A DNA stretch of 64,000 nucleotides from a virus, in IMG/VR virus record IMGVR_UViG_3300025138_000026, positions 1 to 64,000 of that record; one strand, 5' to 3'. This document shows, piece by piece, positions 38,699-47,332 of this stretch. A model generated the notes under the pieces. That model ran no database searches, was not told the origin of the DNA, and saw only the letters and a program-made list of their open reading frames with translations. The position numbers were made by a program, and so were the translations under genes. Numbering within the stretch: position 1 is the first letter of the stretch; the number at the start of each line of letters is the position of its first letter.

Positions 38699-39670
38699 TT
38701 AGAATAAGTCGTCTGCATTATAAGTCTGAGAATTTTTTGAGTATTCTACAGGTCGGGAATAAAAAAAGTCCGTGGCATTGTTCCCAAGTAACTCCTCTTC
38801 AAACCAGATTGTATCTTTTAGCAGGTTTTTGTCAACTTCAAAAGGTTGTTTAAAACCAATTTGTTGCATGGACTCATTAATTCTATTTTTAATGAACTCT
38901 TTCAATACAATAGCATTCAACCCTTTTTGACGAATTCCGTTGATCATCCAATCAATAATCTTACTTTCAGCTTCAAAAGCACATACTGCTTCTTGAGCTA
39001 TTTTTTCCCCAAGCTCTTCATCAAAAAATTCTGGGTGTTCTTCCCGAATAGTATTAATCAGCTTCATGCCTACGAGAGCGTGAATATTCTCTTCATTCCT
39101 TGTATACTTCACTTGCTGGTCAGTATCTTTTAAGACATTTTTGTTACGAGCAAACCAGTTTATCACGTAAAATTGAGAAAACAACGATACATTCTCTACA
39201 AAAAGAGTGAATAGGATTAAAGCATAAACATATTGCTTCTTGTTATTTTTGTAAAACTTGTGTGTATATTTACGCAAATAGTTTACTCGACCCTGTATGA
39301 AGTCTAGCTTAAGATTTTCTTCAAAAACCTCTTCTAGTCCGAGTACCTCAAGGAGTCTCTCATAAGCATTATTGTGAATAACTTCAACATTGGCCATAAC
39401 AAAGCCCAAATCACTAAGAGACGGATGAGGTAAATTATCACCTAATTTACTCCAAAATTTCTTAACAGCTACCTCAATTTGACCAATCGCTGAAAGAGTT
39501 CTTATAATAATCTCTTTTTCTTGATCGTCTAAAACCACGTTAAAGTCTTGAATATCTGAAGCAAAACTGAATTCTTTATCAGTCCAGAACCCATTATGCA
39601 TTGCCTCGATAAATTCTCCCGCCCATGAATAATGGTCAGGCTTTCTGGAAATTTGTTCGTCAAAGATCAT
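38699..39670 (-). CDS. nrdB: Ribonucleotide reductase class Ia beta subunit
   Basis: FW, EVIHNNAY (radical Tyr), VENVSLFSQF, EENIH and DFF. Confidence 0.95.
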   Translation of the reverse strand: MIFDEQISRKPDHYSWAGEFIEAMHNGFWTDKEFSFASDIQDFNVVLDDQEKEIIIRTLSAIGQIEVAVKKFWSKLGDNLPHPSLSDLGFVMANVEVIHNNAYERLLEVLGLEEVFEENLKLDFIQGRVNYLRKYTHKFYKNNKKQYVYALILFTLFVENVSLFSQFYVINWFARNKNVLKDTDQQVKYTRNEENIHALVGMKLINTIREEHPEFFDEELGEKIAQEAVCAFEAESKIIDWMINGIRQKGLNAIVLKEFIKNRINESMQQIGFKQPFEVDKNLLKDTIWFEEELLGNNATDFFYSRPVEYSKNSQTYNADDLF

Positions 39671-39680
39671 CTTGTAATTT

Positions 39681-39714
39681 TACACAGAATATCGCCTCGT
39701 CAGAACTGAGTCAA
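39681..39714 (-). promoter_or_regulatory. Tandem promoters for nrdBA: sigma70-type plus GTGTA motif
   Basis: TTGACT-17-TATTCT (39714-39686) followed by GTGTA (39685-39681) 10 nt before the ATG. Confidence 0.55.
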
Positions 39715-39757
39715 CTCTATTTTTAATAAAAAGAGCAAAGCTCATTTAAATTAATAT

Positions 39758-39821
39758 AAACGTATGGGTAACGTATGGAATATTATTTAAATACGTATCC
39801 CATACGAGCGTTTCCAATACG
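39758..39821. repeat. CGTAT(G/T)G repeats forming an imperfect palindrome in an AT-rich divergent intergenic region
   Basis: cgtatggg-ta-acgtat-[14 nt]-atacgt-at-cccatacg, plus caatacg. Confidence 0.7.
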
Positions 39822-39884
39822 ATATATTTCTTATATTAAGATAAGATTCTAGCCTGTCAAGAACAAAATTTTATGAGATTTTAC

Positions 39885-39912
39885 TTGATTTTTTTGACTT
39901 TTTACTTATAGT
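39885..39912 (+). promoter_or_regulatory. Sigma70-type promoter of the phage sigma factor
   Basis: TTGATT-16-TATAGT, 9 nt before the GTG at 39922. Confidence 0.6.
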
Positions 39913-39921
39913 AAGAAAAAA

Positions 39922-40518
39922 GTGATCAATAATCTCTCAGATTCCGATTTAACTGTATTAATTAGAGAAGATAATGACGAAATAGCCTTGAACGAGCTAA
40001 TCTCTAGACATTCAGGTATTTACGTTGACATGCTTAAAAAGTTTGGTTCAAATTGCCTGACCAGAAATCAAGTCTGCGATATAATGGGCGAAAAAGATTA
40101 TGTAATCTACAAAGCTGCTCTAGAATATGATGAAAATAGGGCTAAGTTTTCCACTCATTTGGCAAATAAGACGAAATATATGTGCCTTACTCAGAAGACT
40201 AAAAACAAGAATAATAGGGTCACTTCAAATTTTGATGAAATACAATTTTGTCAAAAAGACAAGAGTCACACTCCAGACCAGTCTTGTAATATGAATGATT
40301 CGTTTTCTAGGATCATTAATCTGATTGAAAAACATCAAGATAGCCGCTTAAAAATAATCTTTCACGAGAGGTATTTTTGTGGTAAGAGGGGCAAATTAAA
40401 ACCTTGGAAGGAAGTTGCTGATATATTAAATCTCTCAGCACAAGGTTGCATAAATATTCATGACAAAGCAGTGTTAGAATTAAATCAAAAAATAGATAAT
40501 GAAAAGATTAAATTTTGA
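39922..40518 (+). CDS. Phage-encoded sigma70-family sigma factor
   Basis: SD.DL...D..AL.ELI.RH; region 2 KAALEYDENRAKFSTHL; region 4 HTH WKEVADILNLSAQGC. Confidence 0.8.
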   Translation: MINNLSDSDLTVLIREDNDEIALNELISRHSGIYVDMLKKFGSNCLTRNQVCDIMGEKDYVIYKAALEYDENRAKFSTHLANKTKYMCLTQKTKNKNNRVTSNFDEIQFCQKDKSHTPDQSCNMNDSFSRIINLIEKHQDSRLKIIFHERYFCGKRGKLKPWKEVADILNLSAQGCINIHDKAVLELNQKIDNEKIKF

Positions 40519-41584
40519 AGGGCCAATAAACTCACTCAGTTTAGGGAATGTAACAGTAAATATTCTAAGAGAACTAAAAGAAAGAGACCTTGAAATATCC
40601 TTCTTTCCCGTAGGAGATAAAGGTGATTTTTCCGCTTACGACAAAATATCCAAAGATTTCCAGCAATGGGTTAGTAATATTTCAGCTACTAGACTTAAAA
40701 AATTAGACAAAAATACGCCATCCTTAAAAGTTTGGCATATTAATGGTTCAGAAAAAGTTCTGCCTAATCAATTCCTTTATACTTTTTATGAACTTGATTC
40801 CCCTACGGAAGAAGAAGTAAATATAGTCAAACTACAAAAACATGTATTTTTCTCATCATCAGAAGCCTCGCAAGCCTTCAAAGACAAAGGCTGCAATAAT
40901 GTTAGTCATGTCCCTCTTGGTTTTGATCAGGATTTCCAAGAAACGAAAAAAGAATATCTAAAGGATACAATCCATTTTGGTTTAGTGGGTAAATTTGAAA
41001 GAAGGAAAAATACTCAGGCTATTATAAAATTGTGGACTCAGAAATTTGGTAATAACCCCAAATATCAATTATCCTGTCTTGTCGCGAACCCATTTTTAAA
41101 TGGAGACCAAATGAATCAAGCGATTAATAATTCTCTTAGTGGGCAAACTTGGTCAAACATTAATTTTTTACCTCACTTAAAAACAAATTCTGAAGTAAAC
41201 GATTTTACAAATTCAATTGATATCGATCTTTCTGGACTTTCAAATGGAGAAGGTTGGAATCTTCCCGCTTTCAATGCAACAGCTCTTGGTAAATGGTCTG
41301 TAGTTAGCAATTGTTCCTCCCATAAAGATTGGGCAACGGAAGATAATAGTATTCTTGTAGATCCAATTGGCAAACAACCTTGTTATGATAACTTCTTTTT
41401 TAAAGAAGGGATGCCTTTTAATCAGGGAGAATATTATAAATTAAATGCAGATGATATTGAAAAAGGTTTTGACAAAGCCCTAGAGAAAGTGGGACAAAAA
41501 AACACAGATGGGACAAAATTGCGCGACATGTTTACATATTCTAAGAGCGTAGATGCTATTTTATCTCGTATCTATGAGGATTAG
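40499..41584 (+). CDS. Glycosyltransferase, GT4-like
   Basis: VPLGFD, VGKFERRKN and S.GEGWNLP. Confidence 0.85.
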   Translation: MKRLNFEGPINSLSLGNVTVNILRELKERDLEISFFPVGDKGDFSAYDKISKDFQQWVSNISATRLKKLDKNTPSLKVWHINGSEKVLPNQFLYTFYELDSPTEEEVNIVKLQKHVFFSSSEASQAFKDKGCNNVSHVPLGFDQDFQETKKEYLKDTIHFGLVGKFERRKNTQAIIKLWTQKFGNNPKYQLSCLVANPFLNGDQMNQAINNSLSGQTWSNINFLPHLKTNSEVNDFTNSIDIDLSGLSNGEGWNLPAFNATALGKWSVVSNCSSHKDWATEDNSILVDPIGKQPCYDNFFFKEGMPFNQGEYYKLNADDIEKGFDKALEKVGQKNTDGTKLRDMFTYSKSVDAILSRIYED

Positions 41585-41616
41585 ATCCTTGGCATGAGTT
41601 GTGTTATATAGTAAAT

Positions 41617-41904
41617 ATGAATTACTCATATAATACAAATAAAACTGAAATTAAAGACAACGGAGACGATTATATCGCCCAATTTGAACTAGCAGGTTTC
41701 TCAAAAAAAGACCTTGATGTTACAGCTACAAATTCAAAATTAATCATTGATGCGAAGAATGAAGATAGACAAAGTCATTTTAAATTAAATTTATATGGAA
41801 TTGTTTCTATTGAAAATATAGTATCAAATATGAAGAACGGTCTTCTTACAGTAACTCTTCCCAAAAAGAGTGTAATAGGACGAAGAAAAATAGAAGTTAT
41901 ATAA
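41617..41904 (+). CDS. Hsp20 small heat-shock protein
   Basis: ELAGFSKKDLDV and MKNGLLTVTLPK alpha-crystallin motifs. Confidence 0.88.
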   Translation: MNYSYNTNKTEIKDNGDDYIAQFELAGFSKKDLDVTATNSKLIIDAKNEDRQSHFKLNLYGIVSIENIVSNMKNGLLTVTLPKKSVIGRRKIEVI

Positions 41905-42284
41905 TGTCAATATACCTATATAAACACCCCACGAAAGACGAGTATGAAGAGGTTATTCAGGGAATGAATGACCCCCATACTTTCTCAAAAGATGGAGAGG
42001 AATGGCGAAGAGTATTCACAGTTCCACATGCCTCGATATCAAGTAACGATGACCCTTTTAACTCTAACGCCTTCGTCGAGAAGACAGGTAAAATGAAGGG
42101 TACTGTGGGAGATATGATGAGCTATTCTGAAGAGTTGAGCCAGAAACGAGCAGATAAACATGGAGGACAAGACCCCGTTAAGACTAAACACTTCAAAGAC
42201 TACGAAAGGGACATCGGCAAAAAGCACATTGCAGATAAGCAAACTAGTTTTGAGAATAAATCAATAAAGATTGATATGGATTAA
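41904..42284 (+). CDS. FmdB-like protein lacking the zinc-ribbon cysteines
   Basis: MSIYLYKHP...EEVIQGMND...WRRVF pattern. Confidence 0.5.
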   Translation: MSIYLYKHPTKDEYEEVIQGMNDPHTFSKDGEEWRRVFTVPHASISSNDDPFNSNAFVEKTGKMKGTVGDMMSYSEELSQKRADKHGGQDPVKTKHFKDYERDIGKKHIADKQTSFENKSIKIDMD

Positions 42285-43117
42285 ATGGAGGTTAAACCGA
42301 TTCCAGCCCAACTCCCTCCAATAAATACACATAAAGTAGATCCTGAAATCGCTAATGCTCCAGTTGCTTCCACTGAAGGAGAACCATCAGAAGAACCCAT
42401 ACTATTACCTAACCATTTAGGGAGGGCAAATCCCGTCTGATATCTTACAATGCCCGTTACAGTGTGAGGACCGTTAAACATTTCTTCATTGACAATGGTG
42501 CTGCCGCTTAATACCGCATCGCTCAAAACATCTAATTGACCACTAAATATGCCAGTTCCGTCTACACTTAAGCTCTGTTGGAAATAAGTGTCTCCACCTT
42601 GGAAGAAATGACCAGAACTAAATTTCGCATATAAGGCGTCTTGCTGACTTACGGTAATTGAGTTTGTAGTTAGGTTATCTTTTAAGACGACACTACCCGT
42701 TGCAGTTTCAGTAAACGTTATACCATGCCCAGCTAAGCAAACATTTTCTTGACTTCCCGTTCTGAATTCTACAGAATCTGCGCGAAAAACAGCATTATTA
42801 ATCCCGCTAATGCTACTGTCATTGCATGAAATTGCAAAATTATTATATGCGTTTAGTCCATCTCCTATTTCAGTATCACTACCTAGAAACAAAAAGTTTC
42901 CACTATTTGTATTATAGATGTTATCGATTTTCTGAGCAAAACTTGCAATTGATTTACCGTTATTAGTCAAATCTCCTGTAAAAGAAAAATCACCTGTCAA
43001 GTTCCTAGAAACATTGATTTGAACTCCCGTATTTGTTTGAGTTATATTTAGATCTCCAGAATCACTAAAGAAAGTGTGCAATTGGATCTGTTCAGGTTGA
43101 ATTTTATTAAAAGCCAT
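42281..43117 (-). CDS. TG/SG-rich putative virion structural (fibre-like) protein
   Basis: Beta-rich S/T/G/N composition, 9 TG and 7 SG; GTGTA upstream (43144-43148). Confidence 0.65.
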   Translation of the reverse strand: MAFNKIQPEQIQLHTFFSDSGDLNITQTNTGVQINVSRNLTGDFSFTGDLTNNGKSIASFAQKIDNIYNTNSGNFLFLGSDTEIGDGLNAYNNFAISCNDSSISGINNAVFRADSVEFRTGSQENVCLAGHGITFTETATGSVVLKDNLTTNSITVSQQDALYAKFSSGHFFQGGDTYFQQSLSVDGTGIFSGQLDVLSDAVLSGSTIVNEEMFNGPHTVTGIVRYQTGFALPKWLGNSMGSSDGSPSVEATGALAISGSTLCVFIGGSWAGIGLTSI

Positions 43118-43155
43118 GATACAATAGATTATCTTCTATAAATTACACAAATTCA

Positions 43156-43749
43156 ATGAAATTTACTCTTTATAAGCCAAACTCTAAAAATGCAGGATCT
43201 GCATTCAGTTTTGATATCGCAAAAGACAAGAAGGGAAATGCAGTTATGTACGTCTCTATGATTCAACAACATAGCTGGAATGATCAAACTAAAAGCGGGT
43301 CTTTTAAAGAAAATGCTAAAAATCCAGAAAAGTCTGGAACCATTAAGTTAACAGCTAATGAAGCTGGAGAAATTTTATCTTCACTAAAAACCAGAATCCC
43401 TTTTGTAGCATTCCATAGACGGGATAAAGACACTACGATCATTAAATTCACCCCTTGGGACAAAAAAAGAAAAATCATGAATAAAAATGGGGAAGAATGG
43501 CTTGAAACCCCTGCATTTGGGTTCACGGTAACGAGAAATTCTTCTCAGATATTCAAGCTTCCTCTAGAAGCTGGAGAAACAGAAGTTCTTGGAGAACTAA
43601 TGAAAAAGTATATTTTAGACTCTTTTTTTGTCGCTGACGCTTATCAGAATCAAAAACCCAAATACGAAAAGAAAGAATACGAAAAAAAACAATACGAAGA
43701 GCCAAAACAAGAGGTAACTGAAGACGAAGATGACGGAGTCCCATTCTAA
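43156..43749 (+). CDS. Putative single-stranded DNA-binding protein
   Basis: Acidic tail EDEDDGVPF resembling the SSB C-terminal DDDIPF; duplicated beta-strand/helix units. Confidence 0.55.
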   Translation: MKFTLYKPNSKNAGSAFSFDIAKDKKGNAVMYVSMIQQHSWNDQTKSGSFKENAKNPEKSGTIKLTANEAGEILSSLKTRIPFVAFHRRDKDTTIIKFTPWDKKRKIMNKNGEEWLETPAFGFTVTRNSSQIFKLPLEAGETEVLGELMKKYILDSFFVADAYQNQKPKYEKKEYEKKQYEEPKQEVTEDEDDGVPF

Positions 43750-45445
43750 AAAACTAAGGGTCTTAATACACTCTAATCATAGCAGACTTGTTACGGGGTT
43801 TGGGAAAAATGCTAAAAATATTTTGTTAGCATTACATAATGACCCACACATTGAAGTGATTGAAGCTGGAAATGGCGCGAAATTTGGAGCCGACTTACTG
43901 ACTCCTTGGGAGTCTTATGGGACTCACCCCAGTGATCCATCATTCTTAAGATCAATCCGAGGGGACGGGCCGAAAGAAAGAATGGCTCAATATGGTTACT
44001 ATACGATAGATGAAATTGTAGAAAAATCTAAACCAGATGTATATCTTGGGATTGAAGATATTTGGGCCTTTGCCGAATATCACAAAAAACCTTGGTGGAA
44101 TAAAATTAACAAAGTTCTTTGGACGACTTTAGATAGCCTCCCGATATTGGATCAAGCAAAACAAATGGAGCCTCACTGTGATAAGATGTTAGTGTGGGCA
44201 TCATTTGCAGAGGAAGAAATGAAGAAGCTTGGACACAAAAATGTAGAGACAATTCATGGTGCTGTCGATTACTCTCATTTCAAACCAATGGATTATAGAT
44301 CTGCTGTAAGAAAGAGATTTGGTTTAGACTCAAGTTATGTAATAGGATTTGTTTTCAAGAACCAATTGAGGAAATCAGTACCGAATCTTTTAGAAGGATT
44401 TAAGATTTTCAAAGAAGAAAACCCGAATGTTAATGCAAAATTACTATTGCATACAGATTGGGGGGAAACATCTCATGGCTGGGACATACCAAGGTATCTT
44501 AAAGAAATGGATATTGATCAGGATGATGTATTGTCCACTTACCTTTGCCATGCTTGTGATTATTACCACATTGCACCTTATCAAGGAGAAGACAAGGACT
44601 GTCCACGTTGTAAAAAAGAAAAATCGTTTAAAACTAAAAATAGCGCAAAGGGGATTAATGAAAAACAGTTGAACGAACTCTATAATTGTATGGACGTTTA
44701 TTGTCATCCATTTACAAGCGGAGGGCAAGAGTTACCGATTCAAGAGGCTAAAGCAGCGGGTCTAGTGACTTTAGTCACGGAATATTCCTGTGGAACAGAT
44801 TCGTGCTATGAACATCAAGGAGGAATCCCTCTTAAATGGAATTCATATAGAGAACCCAGCACCCAGTTTATTAAAGCATCGACTTGTCCGAAGGATATAG
44901 CTGCAAAGTTAAAAATGGCGCGAGGGATGACAGAAGTTGATACTATGGTTCTAGCGGAGAAGGGGATAGAATACGTAAAGAAGGAGTTTTCAGTACAATC
45001 TACAGTAGAAAAACTGAAGAAAGTCCTATTAAACCTAAAAAAACCCGAAGTTAAAGAAGAAGAGGCTAAAGACTCCCCCAAGACTTTAGGGATTGAAGAT
45101 GTATTAGGCGATGAAGGCATTTCTAATAGAATCGCCGTTGTTCTTCCTGAATCAGCTGGAGATATTCTCATCCTAAATTCTTTAATGAAAAATCTTAAAG
45201 ATTTATATCCAGAAAAAAATATATACGTATTTACTAAACCCCAGTTTTATCAAATGATTGAGGATAATCCAAGCGTTCATAAAATCCTTCCATATCAAGA
45301 TAGTCTTCAAAACCTATTAATGCTAGAAGGGAAGGGAGACCATCAGGGGTATTTTGACATGGCTTTTTTACCTAATATCGGGACGCAAAAACATTTAAAC
45401 TATCTTCATAACGGTAAAGATAAAACACAATTTGAGTTACGATGA
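43730..45445 (+). CDS. GT4-like glycosyltransferase with CxxC..CxxC insert, fused to a GT9 N-terminal-like domain
   Basis: TGFGK, NQLRKS, LYNCMDVY..P..GGQELPIQEA; CHAC..CPRC; C-terminal ESAGD.L...LK..YP...NP.VH. Confidence 0.82.
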   Translation: MTESHSKKLRVLIHSNHSRLVTGFGKNAKNILLALHNDPHIEVIEAGNGAKFGADLLTPWESYGTHPSDPSFLRSIRGDGPKERMAQYGYYTIDEIVEKSKPDVYLGIEDIWAFAEYHKKPWWNKINKVLWTTLDSLPILDQAKQMEPHCDKMLVWASFAEEEMKKLGHKNVETIHGAVDYSHFKPMDYRSAVRKRFGLDSSYVIGFVFKNQLRKSVPNLLEGFKIFKEENPNVNAKLLLHTDWGETSHGWDIPRYLKEMDIDQDDVLSTYLCHACDYYHIAPYQGEDKDCPRCKKEKSFKTKNSAKGINEKQLNELYNCMDVYCHPFTSGGQELPIQEAKAAGLVTLVTEYSCGTDSCYEHQGGIPLKWNSYREPSTQFIKASTCPKDIAAKLKMARGMTEVDTMVLAEKGIEYVKKEFSVQSTVEKLKKVLLNLKKPEVKEEEAKDSPKTLGIEDVLGDEGISNRIAVVLPESAGDILILNSLMKNLKDLYPEKNIYVFTKPQFYQMIEDNPSVHKILPYQDSLQNLLMLEGKGDHQGYFDMAFLPNIGTQKHLNYLHNGKDKTQFELR

Positions 45446-46572
45446 GCCATCTAGCAGAGGAATACGCCAAATCATGCGGAGTAAAGATTGGTAAACCAGT
45501 ATTGAATCCTCATTATTTCCCAGTTTTATACGATAAGTATATTACAATTCATAATGACAAGAAAGTTCAGGCGAAAGAATATGACATGTGGGTTGATGTT
45601 GTTGAACTTCTTAAAACGCATTTGGGAGATATTAAAATCATCCAAGTCGGAGCTAAAGGAGAAAAAACAATTGACGGCGTAGATGCTCATATGCCCACAG
45701 AAACTCTGAAGCAATCTGCATATATTATAAAAAACTCTCTGGGACATGTCGGGATTGATAGCGTCCCTGTTCACATAGCTTCTGCATTAGATAAGCCCGT
45801 TGTAGGTATCTATGCTCACACATATGCAGACACATGTTCTCCGCTTTGGAATGATAAAACAAAAGCGATAACAATTGAATCAGATAGGGGTGGAAAAAAA
45901 CCCTCATTTTCTTTAGAGGAAAATCCAAAAACAATTAATTTCATAAAACCAGAGGAGATCGCTCAAGCTGTTCTTGATGTTTTAGAGATCGATGAAAAAG
46001 TTGTTCATGAAACTATTTTCATTGGGGGTAATTATAAGTCAGATTTTTACGAGGTTGTACCGATAAAGCGCACAAATATTGTGTCTGATCATATCGATGT
46101 AAGGATGGACTACGCTCATAACGAAGAAGTCCTGTATCATATTCTACAAAGAAATAAAGTTGAAGTTACTACTTCAAAACCCATTAGCGAGAGCCTGATT
46201 AAATCCAAGAGAATAAAAAAGTTAATATATAAAGCGGATTTGTTTGATCTTGATTTCTGTAAACTTGTAAAAGATCAGGGTATACCCACTATCACAATAT
46301 GCACCTCTTCAGATAACCTCACTGAAGAAAGATCAAAAAACTTTGATCAGCTAATTAATTATCTAGATACTGAGGCTATTATTGAGAATAATAAAAAAAG
46401 GATTGATATCGACGATTTTAATACAATTAAAATTAAAAGTAATAAAAAAATTGTTTGTGGAGACGAGATTTATCCTAGCTATTTTGATTTAAATGAACGA
46501 AAAAATTTAGATCATTTTTATCTTGACTTAGAATTTTTTAGAGTTTACCGTGAGCCACATGAGCAAGAATAG
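45442..46572 (+). CDS. GT9 (heptosyltransferase-like) C-terminal domain plus unknown domain
   Basis: IIQVG and IIKNSLGHVGIDSVPVHIASALDKPVVGIY. Confidence 0.78.
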   Translation: MSHLAEEYAKSCGVKIGKPVLNPHYFPVLYDKYITIHNDKKVQAKEYDMWVDVVELLKTHLGDIKIIQVGAKGEKTIDGVDAHMPTETLKQSAYIIKNSLGHVGIDSVPVHIASALDKPVVGIYAHTYADTCSPLWNDKTKAITIESDRGGKKPSFSLEENPKTINFIKPEEIAQAVLDVLEIDEKVVHETIFIGGNYKSDFYEVVPIKRTNIVSDHIDVRMDYAHNEEVLYHILQRNKVEVTTSKPISESLIKSKRIKKLIYKADLFDLDFCKLVKDQGIPTITICTSSDNLTEERSKNFDQLINYLDTEAIIENNKKRIDIDDFNTIKIKSNKKIVCGDEIYPSYFDLNERKNLDHFYLDLEFFRVYREPHEQE

Positions 46573-47332
46573 TGTTTACGGTCCAGATATTTACAAAAGA
46601 AACGAGCACGGCCTTTTAGAGAATGCTTCGTATTGTTTTAATGAAGACGGATCTGTTGATTGGAGATCCATGATCAAAGACGATTTCCTTTATCCTAATA
46701 AAGGTTGGTTTGAAGCAAGAAAGAAGCCTGTCCCAAGCTCTACTGATGGATTGAAAGATAATCAACTCCTAATCATGCTTGGAGGCATTAAAGAACTAGC
46801 CAAGCTAAGAGGTTTTGAATCAGTGTCATTTGAAACAGAGAACATTTCCGATGGATATGTCAAAGCAACTTGTAGAATTATTTGGGGAAAGAATTACGAA
46901 AGCTCTGGAATCAACACAATTTACGAAGATGTCGCCAATGCCTCATTAGATAATACGGATGATTTTTGCGCTAAATTCCTAGAGACTATTGCTTGTAATA
47001 GGGCTTTTGTTCGTTGTGTCCGTAATTTCTTAAATATCCATATCGTAGGGGCAGACGAGATTGATAAGTCAAAAGGAGCGAATAATTCTAATAGTGTGGA
47101 ATATGATGCCTCTAGTGACTCAGTAATGCTCCCATTAACCCCCTCAGGATCGCTCCAGAAGGCTTTGAACGAGAATCATGGAGTAAAGTCCTTTGAGGAG
47201 TTTAAAACGTTTCTAAGGTCATTGTGGAAGAAGGAGTCTTACCGAAATGAAGAGGCCGCGAATTGGATGTCTTATGAGGACATCCCAGCCAAAGAATGCA
47301 GGAAATTGATGGCAATCTGCAAAAAATCATAG
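46559..47332 (+). CDS. Putative Rad52/Sak-like single-strand annealing protein
   Basis: GG.KELA..RG....V.ATC.I...ANA......ETIACNRAFVRCVRNFLNI...DEI pattern. Confidence 0.5.
   Translation: MSKNSVYGPDIYKRNEHGLLENASYCFNEDGSVDWRSMIKDDFLYPNKGWFEARKKPVPSSTDGLKDNQLLIMLGGIKELAKLRGFESVSFETENISDGYVKATCRIIWGKNYESSGINTIYEDVANASLDNTDDFCAKFLETIACNRAFVRCVRNFLNIHIVGADEIDKSKGANNSNSVEYDASSDSVMLPLTPSGSLQKALNENHGVKSFEEFKTFLRSLWKKESYRNEEAANWMSYEDIPAKECRKLMAICKKS

Noticed and set aside
20846-39670. Inteins, introns or homing endonucleases in dnaE, dnaB, recA or nrdA/B
   Set aside because: Protein lengths are normal; no intein terminal motifs, LAGLIDADG or HNH signatures recognised.
39670-39760. NrdR boxes upstream of nrdB
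   Set aside because: No convincing match to the acaCwAtATaTwGtg palindrome.
8272-46572. Bacterial chromosomal LPS/capsule locus
   Set aside because: The sugar genes are interleaved with phage lysis, replication and tail genes and share their promoters; no wzx, wzy or ABC exporter seen.
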